Below, piece by piece: positions 17,093-25,840 of a stretch of DNA of 39,849 nucleotides. Within the stretch, counting starts at the first letter, position 1. The number at the start of each line of letters is the position of its first letter. This stretch comes from Clostridia bacterium (GTDB taxonomy: Bacteria > Bacillota > Clostridia > Monoglobales > Firm-18), in the NCBI GenBank assembly GCA_017646825.1, contig JAGCLT010000083.1, positions 1 through 39,849 of the forward strand, in the 5' to 3' direction. The notes below the pieces were generated by a model, which did no database searches, was not told where the DNA came from, and was given only the letters and a program-made list of their open reading frames with translations. The position numbers were made by a program, and so were the translations under genes.

Positions 17093-17845
17093 TTACTCTA
17101 AATTTAATCTTTCGATGCTTACTGCTTTTCCGTCTTTGTCTGTTTCTACAATTACGCAGTTCATTAAAACAGGGCTGTCCATAACGGCAAACCTTGTGGG
17201 AAGTCCTGTCAAAAACATATTTATAACTTCGTCTTTTCTTACGCCTAAAATTGAGTCCTTTGCACCTGTCATACCTGCGTCGGTTATAAACGCCGTGCCG
17301 TTTTTTAATATGGTTTCGTCGGCGGTCTGTACGTGAGTATGAGTGCCTATAACCGCAGACACTTTGCCGTCAAAATATTCTGCAAAGGCACGTTTTTCAC
17401 TGGTGGCTTCCCCGTGAAAATCAACAATTATTGTTTTTGCAGAAATCTTCTGGAGTGCTTCTTCTGTCCGTGCAAAAGGACAGTCTAAATTATCCAGATA
17501 TACCCGTCCCGAAACGTTAATGACTGCCAAATTGTCAATTTCCATAAAGCCTTGTCCGTCAACGACTTTGGGAAAGTTTAGCGGACGTATTACCTTTTCT
17601 TCTTCCATAAGAGCAAAAACATCGTTATGGTTAAAAGCGTGATTGCCTAAAGTTATCAGGTCAACTCCGCACATGAAAAGACGTGCTGCGGCATCTTTTG
17701 TAATACCTTTTCCTGCAGGAGAACTGTTTTCTCCGTTTGCTATGCAAAAATCTATTTTATTAAGTTTTCTTATGCTGTTTAAGTGGGATACAACAAAGTC
17801 AACGCCTCTTGTACCCACTATGTCGCCAATAAATAAAATTCTCAC
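17093..17845 (-). CDS. ymdB: YmdB-like metallophosphoesterase (TIGR00282-type)
   Basis: The start is reassigned to GTG 17845 (VRILFIGDIVG), preceded by SD AAGGTGA. Motifs GDIVG, GNH and GTHTH. Confidence 0.85.
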   Translation of the reverse strand: MRILFIGDIVGTRGVDFVVSHLNSIRKLNKIDFCIANGENSSPAGKGITKDAAARLFMCGVDLITLGNHAFNHNDVFALMEEEKVIRPLNFPKVVDGQGFMEIDNLAVINVSGRVYLDNLDCPFARTEEALQKISAKTIIVDFHGEATSEKRAFAEYFDGKVSAVIGTHTHVQTADETILKNGTAFITDAGMTGAKDSILGVRKDEVINMFLTGLPTRFAVMDSPVLMNCVIVETDKDGKAVSIERLNLE

Positions 17846-17870
17846 TATTATCACCTTGATTATAAGTCTT

Positions 17871-17955
17871 GTTGCCGCAGGCAACATATCGAGCGCGTAA
17901 GCGCATATCGAGTGCTTTTGCACATATCGAGAATTCTTTTAGAATTCATATCGAC
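17871..17955. repeat. array of 4 x CATATCGA(G/C) 9-mers alternating with short self-complementary spacers (left arm)
   Basis: 9-mers at 17885-17893, 17904-17912, 17923-17931 and 17947-17955. Spacers fold as GTTGCC-GCA-GGCAAC, GCGC-GTAA-GCGC, GTGC-TTTT-GCAC and GAATTC-TTTTA-GAATTC. Confidence 0.8.
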
Positions 17956-18379
17956 GATTTCTTTGCTGTCGTTATTGATGCAATTAACTTTCTGCGAATA
18001 ATACCACAATCATTTTTTAGCCTTTTGTAAACTTCTTCGCTGAATTTTTGTTTTCTGTACATTATTTCAAGCCAATAATCTGTTTCGGAACTTTCCTTTA
18101 ATGCAATCTCAAGTTTGTGAACAAAATCAACAGTGCTTTGAGCATATTTTGCCTCGTGAATATTTGCACCAATTGAAGATGAAGCCGTAACAATTGATTT
18201 ACATATACACTGCACCCTTTAATATTATCGCACACATCAGAAACGGCTATTGCAAATTCTATAGATTCTTCTCTTAACTGATTTTTGTTCTGTTCCAGCG
18301 TTTCTCCTTTGTCGATATGCAATCTTCGATTGCTCGATATTTTTACTGCCGTAAAATCGATATGTTTTTTGTTCCACAA
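17946..18379 (-). pseudogene. four-helix-bundle protein (IVS protein / Avd-like family), frameshifted
   Basis: Two overlapping ORFs (18098..18379 and 17946..18215) join into one family-like sequence: ...REESIEFAIAVSDVCDNIKGCSVYVNQLLR / ASSSIGANIHEAKYAQSTVDFVHKLEIALKESSETDYWLEIM. This implies a 1-nt deletion near 18185-18190. No convincing start codon. Confidence 0.75.
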
Positions 18380-18410
18380 AAAACTCGATATGATATGAAT
18401 TCATATCGCT
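18311..18410. repeat. array of 4 x (G/C/A)TCGATAT(G/T) 9-mers (reverse complement of the left-arm 9-mer) alternating with hairpin spacers (right arm)
   Basis: 9-mers at 18311-18319, 18333-18341, 18356-18364 and 18384-18392. Spacers are CAATC-TTC-GATTG, TTTTAC-TGCC-GTAAAA and TTTTTTG-TTCCA-CAAAAAA, then the palindrome GATATGAATTCATATC. Confidence 0.8.
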
Positions 18411-18471
18411 GATTTTATCTTTTATAAAACCATTTTACCACACGGTCTTTAAAATAACAACTTTTTTAACA

Positions 18472-18500
18472 AAAAAACAGCCACTTTTTAAAAAGTGGCA
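18472..18500 (-). terminator. orphan Rho-independent terminator (minus-strand orientation)
   Basis: Perfect palindrome GCCACTTTTT/AAAAAGTGGC (18481-18500). On the minus strand it is followed by TGTTTTTTT. No annotated minus-strand gene ends here. Confidence 0.6.
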
Positions 18501-18583
18501 CAAAGAAAGAAGAATTCGGGGGATGTTGGTACGATTTCTTCAATAAAAAATTAAAGAAATCAATAATATTATTGCAAAAAGTG

Positions 18584-18611
18584 TTGACAAATATTCAGAA
18601 TCGGTTAAAAT
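18584..18611 (+). promoter_or_regulatory. promoter for rsmD-coaD
   Basis: TTGACA (18584-18589), 16-nt spacer, TAAAAT (18606-18611). Confidence 0.5.
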
Positions 18612-18633
18612 ATAATAGAGGGGTTGTATTAGA

Positions 18634-19173
18634 TTGAGAATTGTATCAGGAAGTGCAAGAGGTTTAAAACTTTTGTCGTTGGAGGGAGATAACACAAGAC
18701 CTACAACTGACAGAGTGAAAGAAGCCCTTTTTTCAATAATACAATTTAACATTTATGACAGCGTTGTTCTTGATTTGTTTTCAGGAAGCGGAGCCCTTGG
18801 AATAGAGGCGTTAAGCAGAGGTGCAAAGTGTTGTGATTTTGTGGACAACCATAAACCTGCCTGTGACATTATAGAACAGAACTTAAAAAGAGCAAACCTT
18901 GAAGACAAGGCGGAGTTGCACTTTAAAGAAGCAAAAGATTTTCTTTGCAACTGCAGTAAAAAATATGATATAATATTTTTGGACCCGCCCTATAATAAAG
19001 GTTTATGTATGTGGGCGGTAAATGAAATTTGCAACCTTTCGTTAATTAAGGATAACGGTATTTTTGTGTGCGAAACATCGGCTGAAGAAGTTATCGATGT
19101 AAAAAATGCAAAGCGAAAGGAATACGGCAAAATAGCGGTTACCGTTATTAAAAGGGAGGAATTGCCGGTATGA
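18634..19173 (+). CDS. rsmD: 16S rRNA (guanine966-N2)-methyltransferase RsmD
   Basis: TTG start. MRIVSGSARGLKL...RPTTDRVKEALFSII, a SAM motif and LDPPY. Confidence 0.9.
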   Translation: MRIVSGSARGLKLLSLEGDNTRPTTDRVKEALFSIIQFNIYDSVVLDLFSGSGALGIEALSRGAKCCDFVDNHKPACDIIEQNLKRANLEDKAELHFKEAKDFLCNCSKKYDIIFLDPPYNKGLCMWAVNEICNLSLIKDNGIFVCETSAEEVIDVKNAKRKEYGKIAVTVIKREELPV

Positions 19174-19643
19174 CAGCAGTTTATCCGGGTAGTTTTGACC
19201 CAATGACAAACGGACATCTTGACATAATAAAACGCGCCTCTGCCATATTTGATTGTTTATATGTGGTGGTGGCAAATAACAGCGGCAAAAAAAATGCGTT
19301 TTCTGCAGACGAACGTGTTGAGTTTCTAAAACGCTGTACTGAGGGGATAAAAAACGTAATTGTGGTAAGTTATGACGGACTTGTGGCACAATTTGTAAAA
19401 GAAGTAGATGCCAAAGTAATAATTAAGGGCTTACGCAATAACGCAGACTTCGAGTACGAGTTTCAGATGGCAAATGTTAACAACCATTTAAACAACGAGG
19501 CAGAAACTTTGTTTATGGTAACCAATCTTAAAAATATTTATGTAAGTTCAAGCGTGGTAAGGGAGTTGGCAGCCCACGGCGGAAGTATTACGGGAATGGT
19601 TCCTGCTTGTATTGAACAAGACATTATCAAGAAATTTAATTAG
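19170..19643 (+). CDS. coaD: phosphopantetheine adenylyltransferase
   Basis: 157 aa. AVYPGSFDPMTNGHLDII (T/HxGH motif). 4-nt overlap with rsmD. Confidence 0.95.
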   Translation: MTAVYPGSFDPMTNGHLDIIKRASAIFDCLYVVVANNSGKKNAFSADERVEFLKRCTEGIKNVIVVSYDGLVAQFVKEVDAKVIIKGLRNNADFEYEFQMANVNNHLNNEAETLFMVTNLKNIYVSSSVVRELAAHGGSITGMVPACIEQDIIKKFN

Positions 19644-19655
19644 GAGGATACATAT

Positions 19656-20162
19656 ATGGAAACTTTGGAATTAATAAACCAGTTGGAGGACATAATTGAC
19701 AACAGCGTAAATATTCCGCTAATGGGAAAAAGTCTTATTGAAAAGGACGAGCTTTTAGACGTGATTCAGGAACTTCGTCTTAAATTGCCTGATGATTTAA
19801 AACAGGCAAAATGGATAAAAGACGAAAGACAAAGAATATTGCTTGAAGCACAAAAAGAAGCAAGTGCAATTATTAAAGAAGCAGAAGACAAAATAGTTGC
19901 AATGATTAACGAAGACGAAATTACAAAAAGAGCAACAGAACAGGCAACAGAAATTATCAACAACGCCAACAGACGTGCAAAAGAAATCAAAATGGGCACA
20001 CGTCAGTATGTTGACGAAAAACTTGCAGATGTTGAAAAGGTACTTGACAGAACAATCAGTTCTCTTCGTGACAACAGAAACATTATGCAGCAAAAAGATT
20101 TGAAAAAACAAATGAAATTTGACGGTATCAGTCCTATCGACGATATGGACGACGAAATTTAA
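19656..20162 (+). CDS. coiled-coil protein of unknown function (charged, Glu/Lys-rich)
   Basis: 168 aa. Strong SD AGGAGG. Heptad-like charged sequence. Followed by a terminator. Confidence 0.7.
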   Translation: METLELINQLEDIIDNSVNIPLMGKSLIEKDELLDVIQELRLKLPDDLKQAKWIKDERQRILLEAQKEASAIIKEAEDKIVAMINEDEITKRATEQATEIINNANRRAKEIKMGTRQYVDEKLADVEKVLDRTISSLRDNRNIMQQKDLKKQMKFDGISPIDDMDDEI

Positions 20163-20173
20163 TTACGGTATAT

Positions 20174-20207
20174 AAAACTCGGTGATACTATTTACCGAGT
20201 TTTGTTT
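20174..20207 (+). terminator. Rho-independent terminator
   Basis: AAAACTCGGT-(10-nt loop)-ACCGAGTTTT, then GTTT. Confidence 0.75.
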
Positions 20208-20230
20208 CTGTAAATAATAATGGTGACAAA

Positions 20231-20875
20231 ATGAGAATGAGAAACAAAAAGAATGCAGACAAAAGGTTGGAAGAATGTTGTGCATTCATGATAGATACAG
20301 AAAACTTAGAAAACAAAGATGCAAAAGATTTGTTTGATAACCAAAACCCTGTTCATTTAGAAATCGGGTGCGGAAAAGGTAATTTTGTTTTTCAAATGGC
20401 ACAAAAATACCCCGAAATAAATTTTATTGCAGTAGAAACCAACAAAAACGTACTTGTGCTTGCAGTGGAAAAGGCAAAGGCAGTGAATGTCCCCAATGTT
20501 AAGTTTATTTTGGGAGATGCAAACGGCCTGGGACAGTACTTTTGTGACGGCTCCTTTGAAAAGATTTATCTTAACTTCAGTGACCCCTGGCACAAGTCAC
20601 GTCACGAAAAACGCCGCCTTACATACAAGACGTTCCTTGCTATGTATAAAAATCTTCTTACATACGACGGTGTGGTGCAGTTTAAAACGGACAACCTTAA
20701 ATTGTTTGATTACTCTGTAATTTCTTTTGGAGAAAACGGATATACACTTTTGAATGTGACTTACGATTTACATGCGGACAACGATGAAAACAATGTTATT
20801 ACGGAGTATGAACAGTTGTTTTCAAGTCAGGGACATAAGATTTGCAGACTTGTTGCAGTGCCCGAGAGGGTTTGA
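20231..20875 (+). CDS. trmB: tRNA (guanine46-N7)-methyltransferase TrmB
   Basis: 214 aa. LEIGCGKGNF (SAM motif) and NFSDPWHKSRHEKRR. Confidence 0.9.
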   Translation: MRMRNKKNADKRLEECCAFMIDTENLENKDAKDLFDNQNPVHLEIGCGKGNFVFQMAQKYPEINFIAVETNKNVLVLAVEKAKAVNVPNVKFILGDANGLGQYFCDGSFEKIYLNFSDPWHKSRHEKRRLTYKTFLAMYKNLLTYDGVVQFKTDNLKLFDYSVISFGENGYTLLNVTYDLHADNDENNVITEYEQLFSSQGHKICRLVAVPERV

Positions 20876-20922
20876 CAACTTTCCGATTTGGATATATAAT
20901 TATTTGAAGGGGTTGAAAAAAT

Positions 20923-21801
20923 ATGCCAAACAGTATGACGGGATACGGCAGAAGCCGACAGGTCATAGATAATTATGACGTTACCGTTGAAATAAAATCA
21001 GTAAATCACAGATATTTTGATTTTAGCATAAAAGCACCGAAATTTTGTGTTTTTATGGAGGAGGATATTAAAAAGACAATAAACCAAAAGGTTTCAAGAG
21101 GCAAGGTTGACGTTTTTGTTACGGTAAGAAAAGAGGTTGACGACAGTAAGCAGTATGTCATCAACAAAAGCCTTGCGGAAAATTTGCTTTCCGAACTTAA
21201 GGAAACTGCAAAACAATTTAAACTTAAAAACGATATAACCGTGTCAAACCTTATTGAGTTCAGAGACCTTTTTGAAGTATCATATAAAGAAGATGACGAA
21301 GAAAAACTAAAAGAAATCGTGTTTACAGTTTTAGACGGTGCTCTTGATGCTTTCTGCGAAGCAAGGGCAAGAGAGGGCAAGAAGCTTATTGACGATATGA
21401 CAGCGCATAACAAGATTGTCAAAGGATATCTTGAAGAAATAAAGGTTTTGGCACCTCAGTCTGTTTCGGAATACAGAGAACGCCTTGAAGCAAAGATTAA
21501 AGACCTGCTTGGTGATACAGCAATAGACGAATCAAGAATTGTAACTGAAACTGCTATTATGGCGGATAAACTTGCAGTTGATGAAGAAACTGTAAGACTG
21601 GACAGCCACTTGCAGGAGTTCCAGCATATAGTTCAGTCTGATGAGCCTGTGGGCAGACGCCTTGACTTTTTAATGCAGGAAATGAACAGAGAAACAAACA
21701 CTATTGGCTCAAAGTCCAATAATTTAGATATTACAAAAGCGGTAGTTTCTATAAAATCTGAACTGGAAAAAATGAGAGAACAACTGCAAAATCTTGAATA
21801 G
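20923..21801 (+). CDS. yicC: YicC/YloC family stress-induced endoribonuclease-like protein
   Basis: 292 aa. MTGYGR N-terminus, VEIKSVNHRY, and C-terminal GRRLDFLMQEMNRETNTIGSKS. Confidence 0.9.
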   Translation: MPNSMTGYGRSRQVIDNYDVTVEIKSVNHRYFDFSIKAPKFCVFMEEDIKKTINQKVSRGKVDVFVTVRKEVDDSKQYVINKSLAENLLSELKETAKQFKLKNDITVSNLIEFRDLFEVSYKEDDEEKLKEIVFTVLDGALDAFCEARAREGKKLIDDMTAHNKIVKGYLEEIKVLAPQSVSEYRERLEAKIKDLLGDTAIDESRIVTETAIMADKLAVDEETVRLDSHLQEFQHIVQSDEPVGRRLDFLMQEMNRETNTIGSKSNNLDITKAVVSIKSELEKMREQLQNLE

Positions 21802-21813
21802 CGGAGGGGTAGT

Positions 21814-22074
21814 ATGAATTTAATAAGCATAGGCTACGGCAATATGATTTCAGCTTCAAGGGTCATTGCCATTGTAAGCCCTGATTCCGCGCCTGTAAGA
21901 CGTATTATTCAGGAATCAAAAGAAAGCGGACGCTTAATTGACGCGACCTGCGGAAGAAGAACGAGGGCGGTAATTGTTGCAGACAGCGATCACATTATTT
22001 TAAGTGCTATTCAGCCTGAAACAATCAAAAACAGAATGACTACGAAAGAGGTAATTGAAGATGAGCGGGAATAA
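21814..22074 (+). CDS. remA: RemA/YlzA (DUF370) regulator
   Basis: 86 aa. [27 protein letters not shown]...[14 protein letters not shown]. Confidence 0.9.
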   Translation: MNLISIGYGNMISASRVIAIVSPDSAPVRRIIQESKESGRLIDATCGRRTRAVIVADSDHIILSAIQPETIKNRMTTKEVIEDERE

Positions 22075-22672
22075 AGGTTTGCTTCTTGTGGTTTCAGGCC
22101 CGTCGGGGGTAGGAAAGGGTACCGTTTGCAAGTACCTGGCAGAGAACGAAACAGATATATTTTTGTCCGTTTCTGCTACCTCGAGAAAACCAAGAGAGGG
22201 AGAGGTTGACGGACAGCACTACTATTTTGTTACACAACAAAAGTTTGACAGTATGATAGAAAATGACGAACTTTTAGAATACGCAAAATATATTTCCAGC
22301 AGTTACGGTACACCTAAAAAACCATGCTTTGAACGGCTTGACAAAGGTGACAATGTAATACTTGAAATAGAGGTTCAGGGCGGTACGGAGGTTAAAGAAA
22401 AGTTCCCCGAAACAGTAATGATTTTTATGGTTCCTCCTACTATGGAAATTTTGAGAGAACGTCTTATAGGAAGAGGAACAGAGACGGAAAAAGTAGTGGA
22501 ACAAAGAATTAAAAGAGCATACGAGGAATTCGGTTATCTCGATAAGTATGACTATATTGTAGTAAATGATGATGTGGAAAAAGCATCTGAAAGAATAAAA
22601 GCCATTATTTGCGCTGAAAAACAAAAGATGCAAAGAACGGCGGAAAATATTAAAAAGGAGTTGAAAATATGA
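22061..22672 (+). CDS. gmk: guanylate kinase
   Basis: The start is reassigned to ATG 22061 (SD AAAGAGG 9-10 nt upstream). P-loop [10 protein letters not shown]. Confidence 0.95.
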   Translation: MSGNKGLLLVVSGPSGVGKGTVCKYLAENETDIFLSVSATSRKPREGEVDGQHYYFVTQQKFDSMIENDELLEYAKYISSSYGTPKKPCFERLDKGDNVILEIEVQGGTEVKEKFPETVMIFMVPPTMEILRERLIGRGTETEKVVEQRIKRAYEEFGYLDKYDYIVVNDDVEKASERIKAIICAEKQKMQRTAENIKKELKI

Positions 22673-22860
22673 TTTGCCCACCTTTAAGTAAATTAACTGA
22701 TAAAATTGAAAGCAGATACTCAATGGTTATTGCATCTGCGAAAAGAGCAAGAGAAATTTCAGAGGGCGCAGAAGTGCTTGTTGAATGTGACAGCAAAAAA
22801 CCCGTTACTATTGCAATTGAAGAGATTGCAGAGGGTAAGGTTCAGGTATTAGAGAAATAA
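22669..22860 (+). CDS. rpoZ: DNA-directed RNA polymerase subunit omega
   Basis: 63 aa. SRYSMVIASAKRAREI. ATGA overlap with gmk. Confidence 0.85.
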   Translation: MICPPLSKLTDKIESRYSMVIASAKRAREISEGAEVLVECDSKKPVTIAIEEIAEGKVQVLEK

Positions 22861-22865
22861 TAAAA

Positions 22866-22893
22866 AGGCACCCGATTGGGTGCCTTTGATTTT
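22866..22893. terminator. bidirectional terminator (rpoZ / zinc-ribbon gene)
   Basis: AGGCACCC-GATT-GGGTGCCT with T-rich tails on both strands. Confidence 0.8.
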
Positions 22894-22914
22894 ACCCTTG
22901 GAAAATGGGGTAAA

Positions 22915-23184
22915 TTAGTTTTGTTTCGCAAAACATTCGCTGCAATATATAGGTCTGTCATTCTTTGGCTTGAAAGGAACTTTCGCTTCCTGTCCGCAAG
23001 CAGCACAAACTGCTACGTGCATTTCGCGAGATGCTTTAATAGCCTCTTTTCTCTTTGTGCGGCATTCTTTACATCTGATTGGTTCGTTTTCAAAACCTTT
23101 TTCAGCATAAAATTCCTGCTCGCCTGCTGTAAAGATAAATTCTTGTCCGCAATCTTTACATACTAATGTTTTGTCTTCGTACAT
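22915..23184 (-). CDS. zinc-ribbon protein with two CxxC...CxxC pairs; function unknown
   Basis: 89 aa. CKDCG...CKEC and CAACG...CSEC. SD GAGGGG upstream. Confidence 0.8.
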   Translation of the reverse strand: MYEDKTLVCKDCGQEFIFTAGEQEFYAEKGFENEPIRCKECRTKRKEAIKASREMHVAVCAACGQEAKVPFKPKNDRPIYCSECFAKQN

Positions 23185-23295
23185 TGTTTACCCCTCACTT
23201 TGATTTTTTACTTCACCCGTGACCGGAGTTGCACCGGTTTTCACATTTCGTGCGCTTTACTGTATAAGCTACACGGACATATATAACGGAATAAA

Positions 23296-23910
23296 TTATT
23301 CCGTTAATAACTGGGAAATCTTTTTCTTTATTCTCTGCAAGGCGTTATCAATGGACTTAAGACTTTTGCCGGTTTCCTCTGCAATTTCTGCATAAGAATT
23401 ACCTTGGAGAAATCTTTCGAATACAAGATATTCAAATTTGCTTAAAACCTTATGTATTTTTATGTTAATTTCTTTAGTTGTTTCGTTATCTATAAAAACT
23501 TCTTCCGGGTCAGATGCTGTGGCTTTTGTTATCAAGTCATAAAAGGTCATGCTGTTGTCGTCATCATAAATGGGTCTGTTTAATGAAACGTAGGAATTAA
23601 GAGGCGCGTGCTTGTTACGAAGGGAGGCTTTAACTGCAGTTATAACCTGCCTTGTTATACAAAGGTCTGCAAAAGCCTTGAAATTATCATTTTTGCTTAC
23701 TTTGTAGTCGCGTATCGCTTTGTATAATCCTATCATGCCTTCTTGCACTATATCATCTGTGTCAGCACCGACCAGAAAGTACGGACGCACCTTTTTACGC
23801 ACATAGTTTTTGTATCTGCAAAGAAGTTCTTCTTCGGCGTGTTTGTTACCCTGGGAGGACATTACCAACAATTCTTCATCTTTTAATTCCTGATAATTGA
23901 TTTTTGACAA
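23296..23910 (-). CDS. sigH: sigma-70 family sigma factor, SigH-type
   Basis: 204 aa. YFLVGADTDDIVQEGMIGLYKAIRDY, FADLCITRQVITAVK and KHAPLNSYVSLN are typical of sporulation sigma-H. Confidence 0.85.
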   Translation of the reverse strand: MSKINYQELKDEELLVMSSQGNKHAEEELLCRYKNYVRKKVRPYFLVGADTDDIVQEGMIGLYKAIRDYKVSKNDNFKAFADLCITRQVITAVKASLRNKHAPLNSYVSLNRPIYDDDNSMTFYDLITKATASDPEEVFIDNETTKEINIKIHKVLSKFEYLVFERFLQGNSYAEIAEETGKSLKSIDNALQRIKKKISQLLTE

Positions 23911-24013
23911 AATTCTCCCTCATTTCCCCTTGATTATAAGCATTTTGTAGCAATTTGTCAAGAAAAAAGTTCTTGACTTGAATTTTTTTGTATTAAATCA
24001 CAAAAAGCCCTCG

Positions 24014-24727
24014 TCAATTTTGGATATTTTTAAGTAATAACCCGTCTGTTATAGCCTTTGTTATGTGTTGTTTTGCATCTGGAGTTTCCTTGTCAAGGCT
24101 TGTAATAAGGTCTTTTACATACTGCCTTTTTGTAAAACCGTCTGCGGGACAGGGGTTTTTAACAACGGGCAAATTTACGCTGTTTGCAAAGCTTTCTATG
24201 TCCTTTTCTTCTGTGTATATAAAAGGACGAATAACTGTAATGTCTGTTCTGTCAAGATAGCATTTTGCATCAAAGCAGTTAAGCCGTCCCTCGTACAAAA
24301 GAGACATAAAAAATGTTTCTATGGCGTCGTCGGAATGGTGTCCCAAAGCCACCTTGTTGCACCCCTGCTCCTTCGCTAGTTCGTTTAACGCCCCTCGTCT
24401 CATTTTGGCACAAAGTGAACAAGGGTTGGATTCTTTCCTTATATTAAATACCACCTGTGCAATGTCCGTCTTTTTAACAATACATTCCACATTTAAATGT
24501 TCGCAGTATTTTACAAATGGTGACGGGTCAAATCCTTCAAAACCCAAATCAAGCATAAGTGCTTTTAAAGTGAATTTTTGCGGCAGATATATTCTCATAG
24601 CACAAAGGACCGAAAGAAGTGCAAGGCTGTCTTTCCCTCCTGAAACTCCTACTGCTATTGCGTCGCCGTCTTCTATTAAATTGAAATCTGTTATGGCACG
24701 TCTAACCGTGCTTTGCAGTTTTTTCAC
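24014..24727 (-). CDS. PP-loop ATPase, TtcA-like tRNA thiolation family
   Basis: The start is reassigned to GTG 24727 (SD AAAGAGGTGA). SGGKDS PP-loop. CSLC and PCPADG cysteine motifs. Confidence 0.8.
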   Translation of the reverse strand: MKKLQSTVRRAITDFNLIEDGDAIAVGVSGGKDSLALLSVLCAMRIYLPQKFTLKALMLDLGFEGFDPSPFVKYCEHLNVECIVKKTDIAQVVFNIRKESNPCSLCAKMRRGALNELAKEQGCNKVALGHHSDDAIETFFMSLLYEGRLNCFDAKCYLDRTDITVIRPFIYTEEKDIESFANSVNLPVVKNPCPADGFTKRQYVKDLITSLDKETPDAKQHITKAITDGLLLKNIQN

Positions 24728-24860
24728 TGTATTCACCTCTTTGGGGGATATTTTAACATAGCAAAGTGAAAAATCAAAAGTGAGCAAAATAGAGAAAACA
24801 AGAGAAAAAACGAGAAAAAACGAGTTTGCAAAATACAAATTATTTTTTTAAGAAAAATGC

Positions 24861-24889
24861 TTGACAAGGAAGTTTTTGTATGTTAAAGT
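24861..24889 (+). promoter_or_regulatory. promoter for rplM-rpsI
   Basis: TTGACA (24861-24866), 17-nt spacer, extended -10 TGtTAAAGT (24881-24889). Confidence 0.55.
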
Positions 24890-24933
24890 ATATGAAGATG
24901 TCTTTGGCATCACAGCATTAAGGAGGTAAGAAT

Positions 24934-25371
24934 ATGAGCACATACATGGCTAAGGCAAAAGAACTTGATAAACAATGGTATGTAATAGACGCAACAGGCA
25001 AACCACTAGGTAGAGTTGCAACAGTTGCTGCAAGTATTTTGAGAGGAAAACATAAACCCACATTTACTCCTCACGCAGATTGCGGAGAATTTGTTATCAT
25101 TATAAATTCTGATAAAGCAATTTTGACAGGTAACAAAGCAGACCAGAAAATGTGGTACCATTACACAGGTTTTGTTGGCGGAATGAAAGCAGTTAAATAC
25201 AGCGAATTAATGAAAACCCGTTCAGACAAAGCAATGGAACTTGCTGTATGGGGTATGCTTCCACACAACACACTTGGCAGAAAAGCAATGACAAGATTGC
25301 ACATTTACAAAGACGGCGAACACAAACACGCTGCACAGAATCCCGTTGCTTGGGACAGAGAAATTAAGTAG
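24934..25371 (+). CDS. rplM: 50S ribosomal protein L13
   Basis: 145 aa. WYVIDATGKPLGRVA, GKHKPTFTPH. Confidence 0.97.
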   Translation: MSTYMAKAKELDKQWYVIDATGKPLGRVATVAASILRGKHKPTFTPHADCGEFVIIINSDKAILTGNKADQKMWYHYTGFVGGMKAVKYSELMKTRSDKAMELAVWGMLPHNTLGRKAMTRLHIYKDGEHKHAAQNPVAWDREIK

Positions 25372-25385
25372 GAAAGGTGATATAA

Positions 25386-25778
25386 ATGGCTGGTACATCA
25401 TTTTACGGTACAGGAAGAAGAAAAAAATCAATAGCAAGGGTACGCCTTGTTCCGGGAACCGGCGTAATCACAATTAATAAGCGTGATATAGACGATTATT
25501 TTGGTCTTGAAACATTGAAATTAATCGTACGTCAACCCCTAGAAGCAATCGGTGGTAACGGCAAATTTGACGTAATCGCATCTGTTACAGGCGGCGGTGT
25601 TACAGGTCAGGCCGGTGCTATCAGACACGGTATTGCAAGAGCACTTTTAGAAGCGGACGCAGAAAACAGACCTGTTCTTAAAAAGGCTGGTTACTTAACT
25701 CGTGACCCACGTATGAAAGAACGTAAGAAATACGGTCTTAAAGCTGCTCGTCGTGCACCACAGTTCTCAAAGAGATAA
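25386..25778 (+). CDS. rpsI: 30S ribosomal protein S9
   Basis: 130 aa. [13 protein letters not shown] and C-terminal RRAPQFSKR. Confidence 0.97.
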   Translation: MAGTSFYGTGRRKKSIARVRLVPGTGVITINKRDIDDYFGLETLKLIVRQPLEAIGGNGKFDVIASVTGGGVTGQAGAIRHGIARALLEADAENRPVLKKAGYLTRDPRMKERKKYGLKAARRAPQFSKR

Positions 25779-25804
25779 TTGCGACCTTTGGTCGAATACA
25801 AAAA

Positions 25805-25832
25805 ATGCTTCGCGTTTGCGAAGCATTTTTTT
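25805..25832. terminator. bidirectional terminator (rpsI / dehydrogenase)
   Basis: ATGCTTCGC-GTTT-GCGAAGCAT followed by T6, with an A-run upstream. Confidence 0.85.
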
Positions 25833-25840
25833 GTATTTTT

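Noticed and set aside
17846-17923. N-terminal extensions given by the ORF track (here and at 24728-24838, 27952-28047, 33137-33271, 13951-13980)
   Set aside because: In each case a start codon with a proper SD lies downstream and coincides with the conserved family N-terminus. The extensions translate promoter or repeat DNA.
1759-18379. The four-helix-bundle genes as Avd components of a diversity-generating retroelement
   Set aside because: Avd belongs to this fold family. However, no reverse transcriptase ORF or template/variable repeat pair is visible near either copy, and both copies are disrupted.
18540-18752. A 70-aa minus-strand ORF overlapping the rsmD promoter and start
   Set aside because: It is antisense to rsmD and to promoter DNA, with no SD and no recognisable family. 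The orphan terminator nearby is better explained as an sRNA or a relic.
21006-22723. Minus-strand ORFs of 138 aa (21006..21422), 65 aa (21633..21830) and 149 aa (22274..22723)
   Set aside because: They are antisense shadows of yicC, gmk and rpoZ, which have unmistakable family motifs. They are Ser/Phe/Leu-rich with no SD.
22876-23166. A 96-aa plus-strand ORF
   Set aside because: It is antisense to the zinc-ribbon gene, which has paired CxxC motifs and an SD. The plus-strand ORF starts inside the rpoZ terminator.
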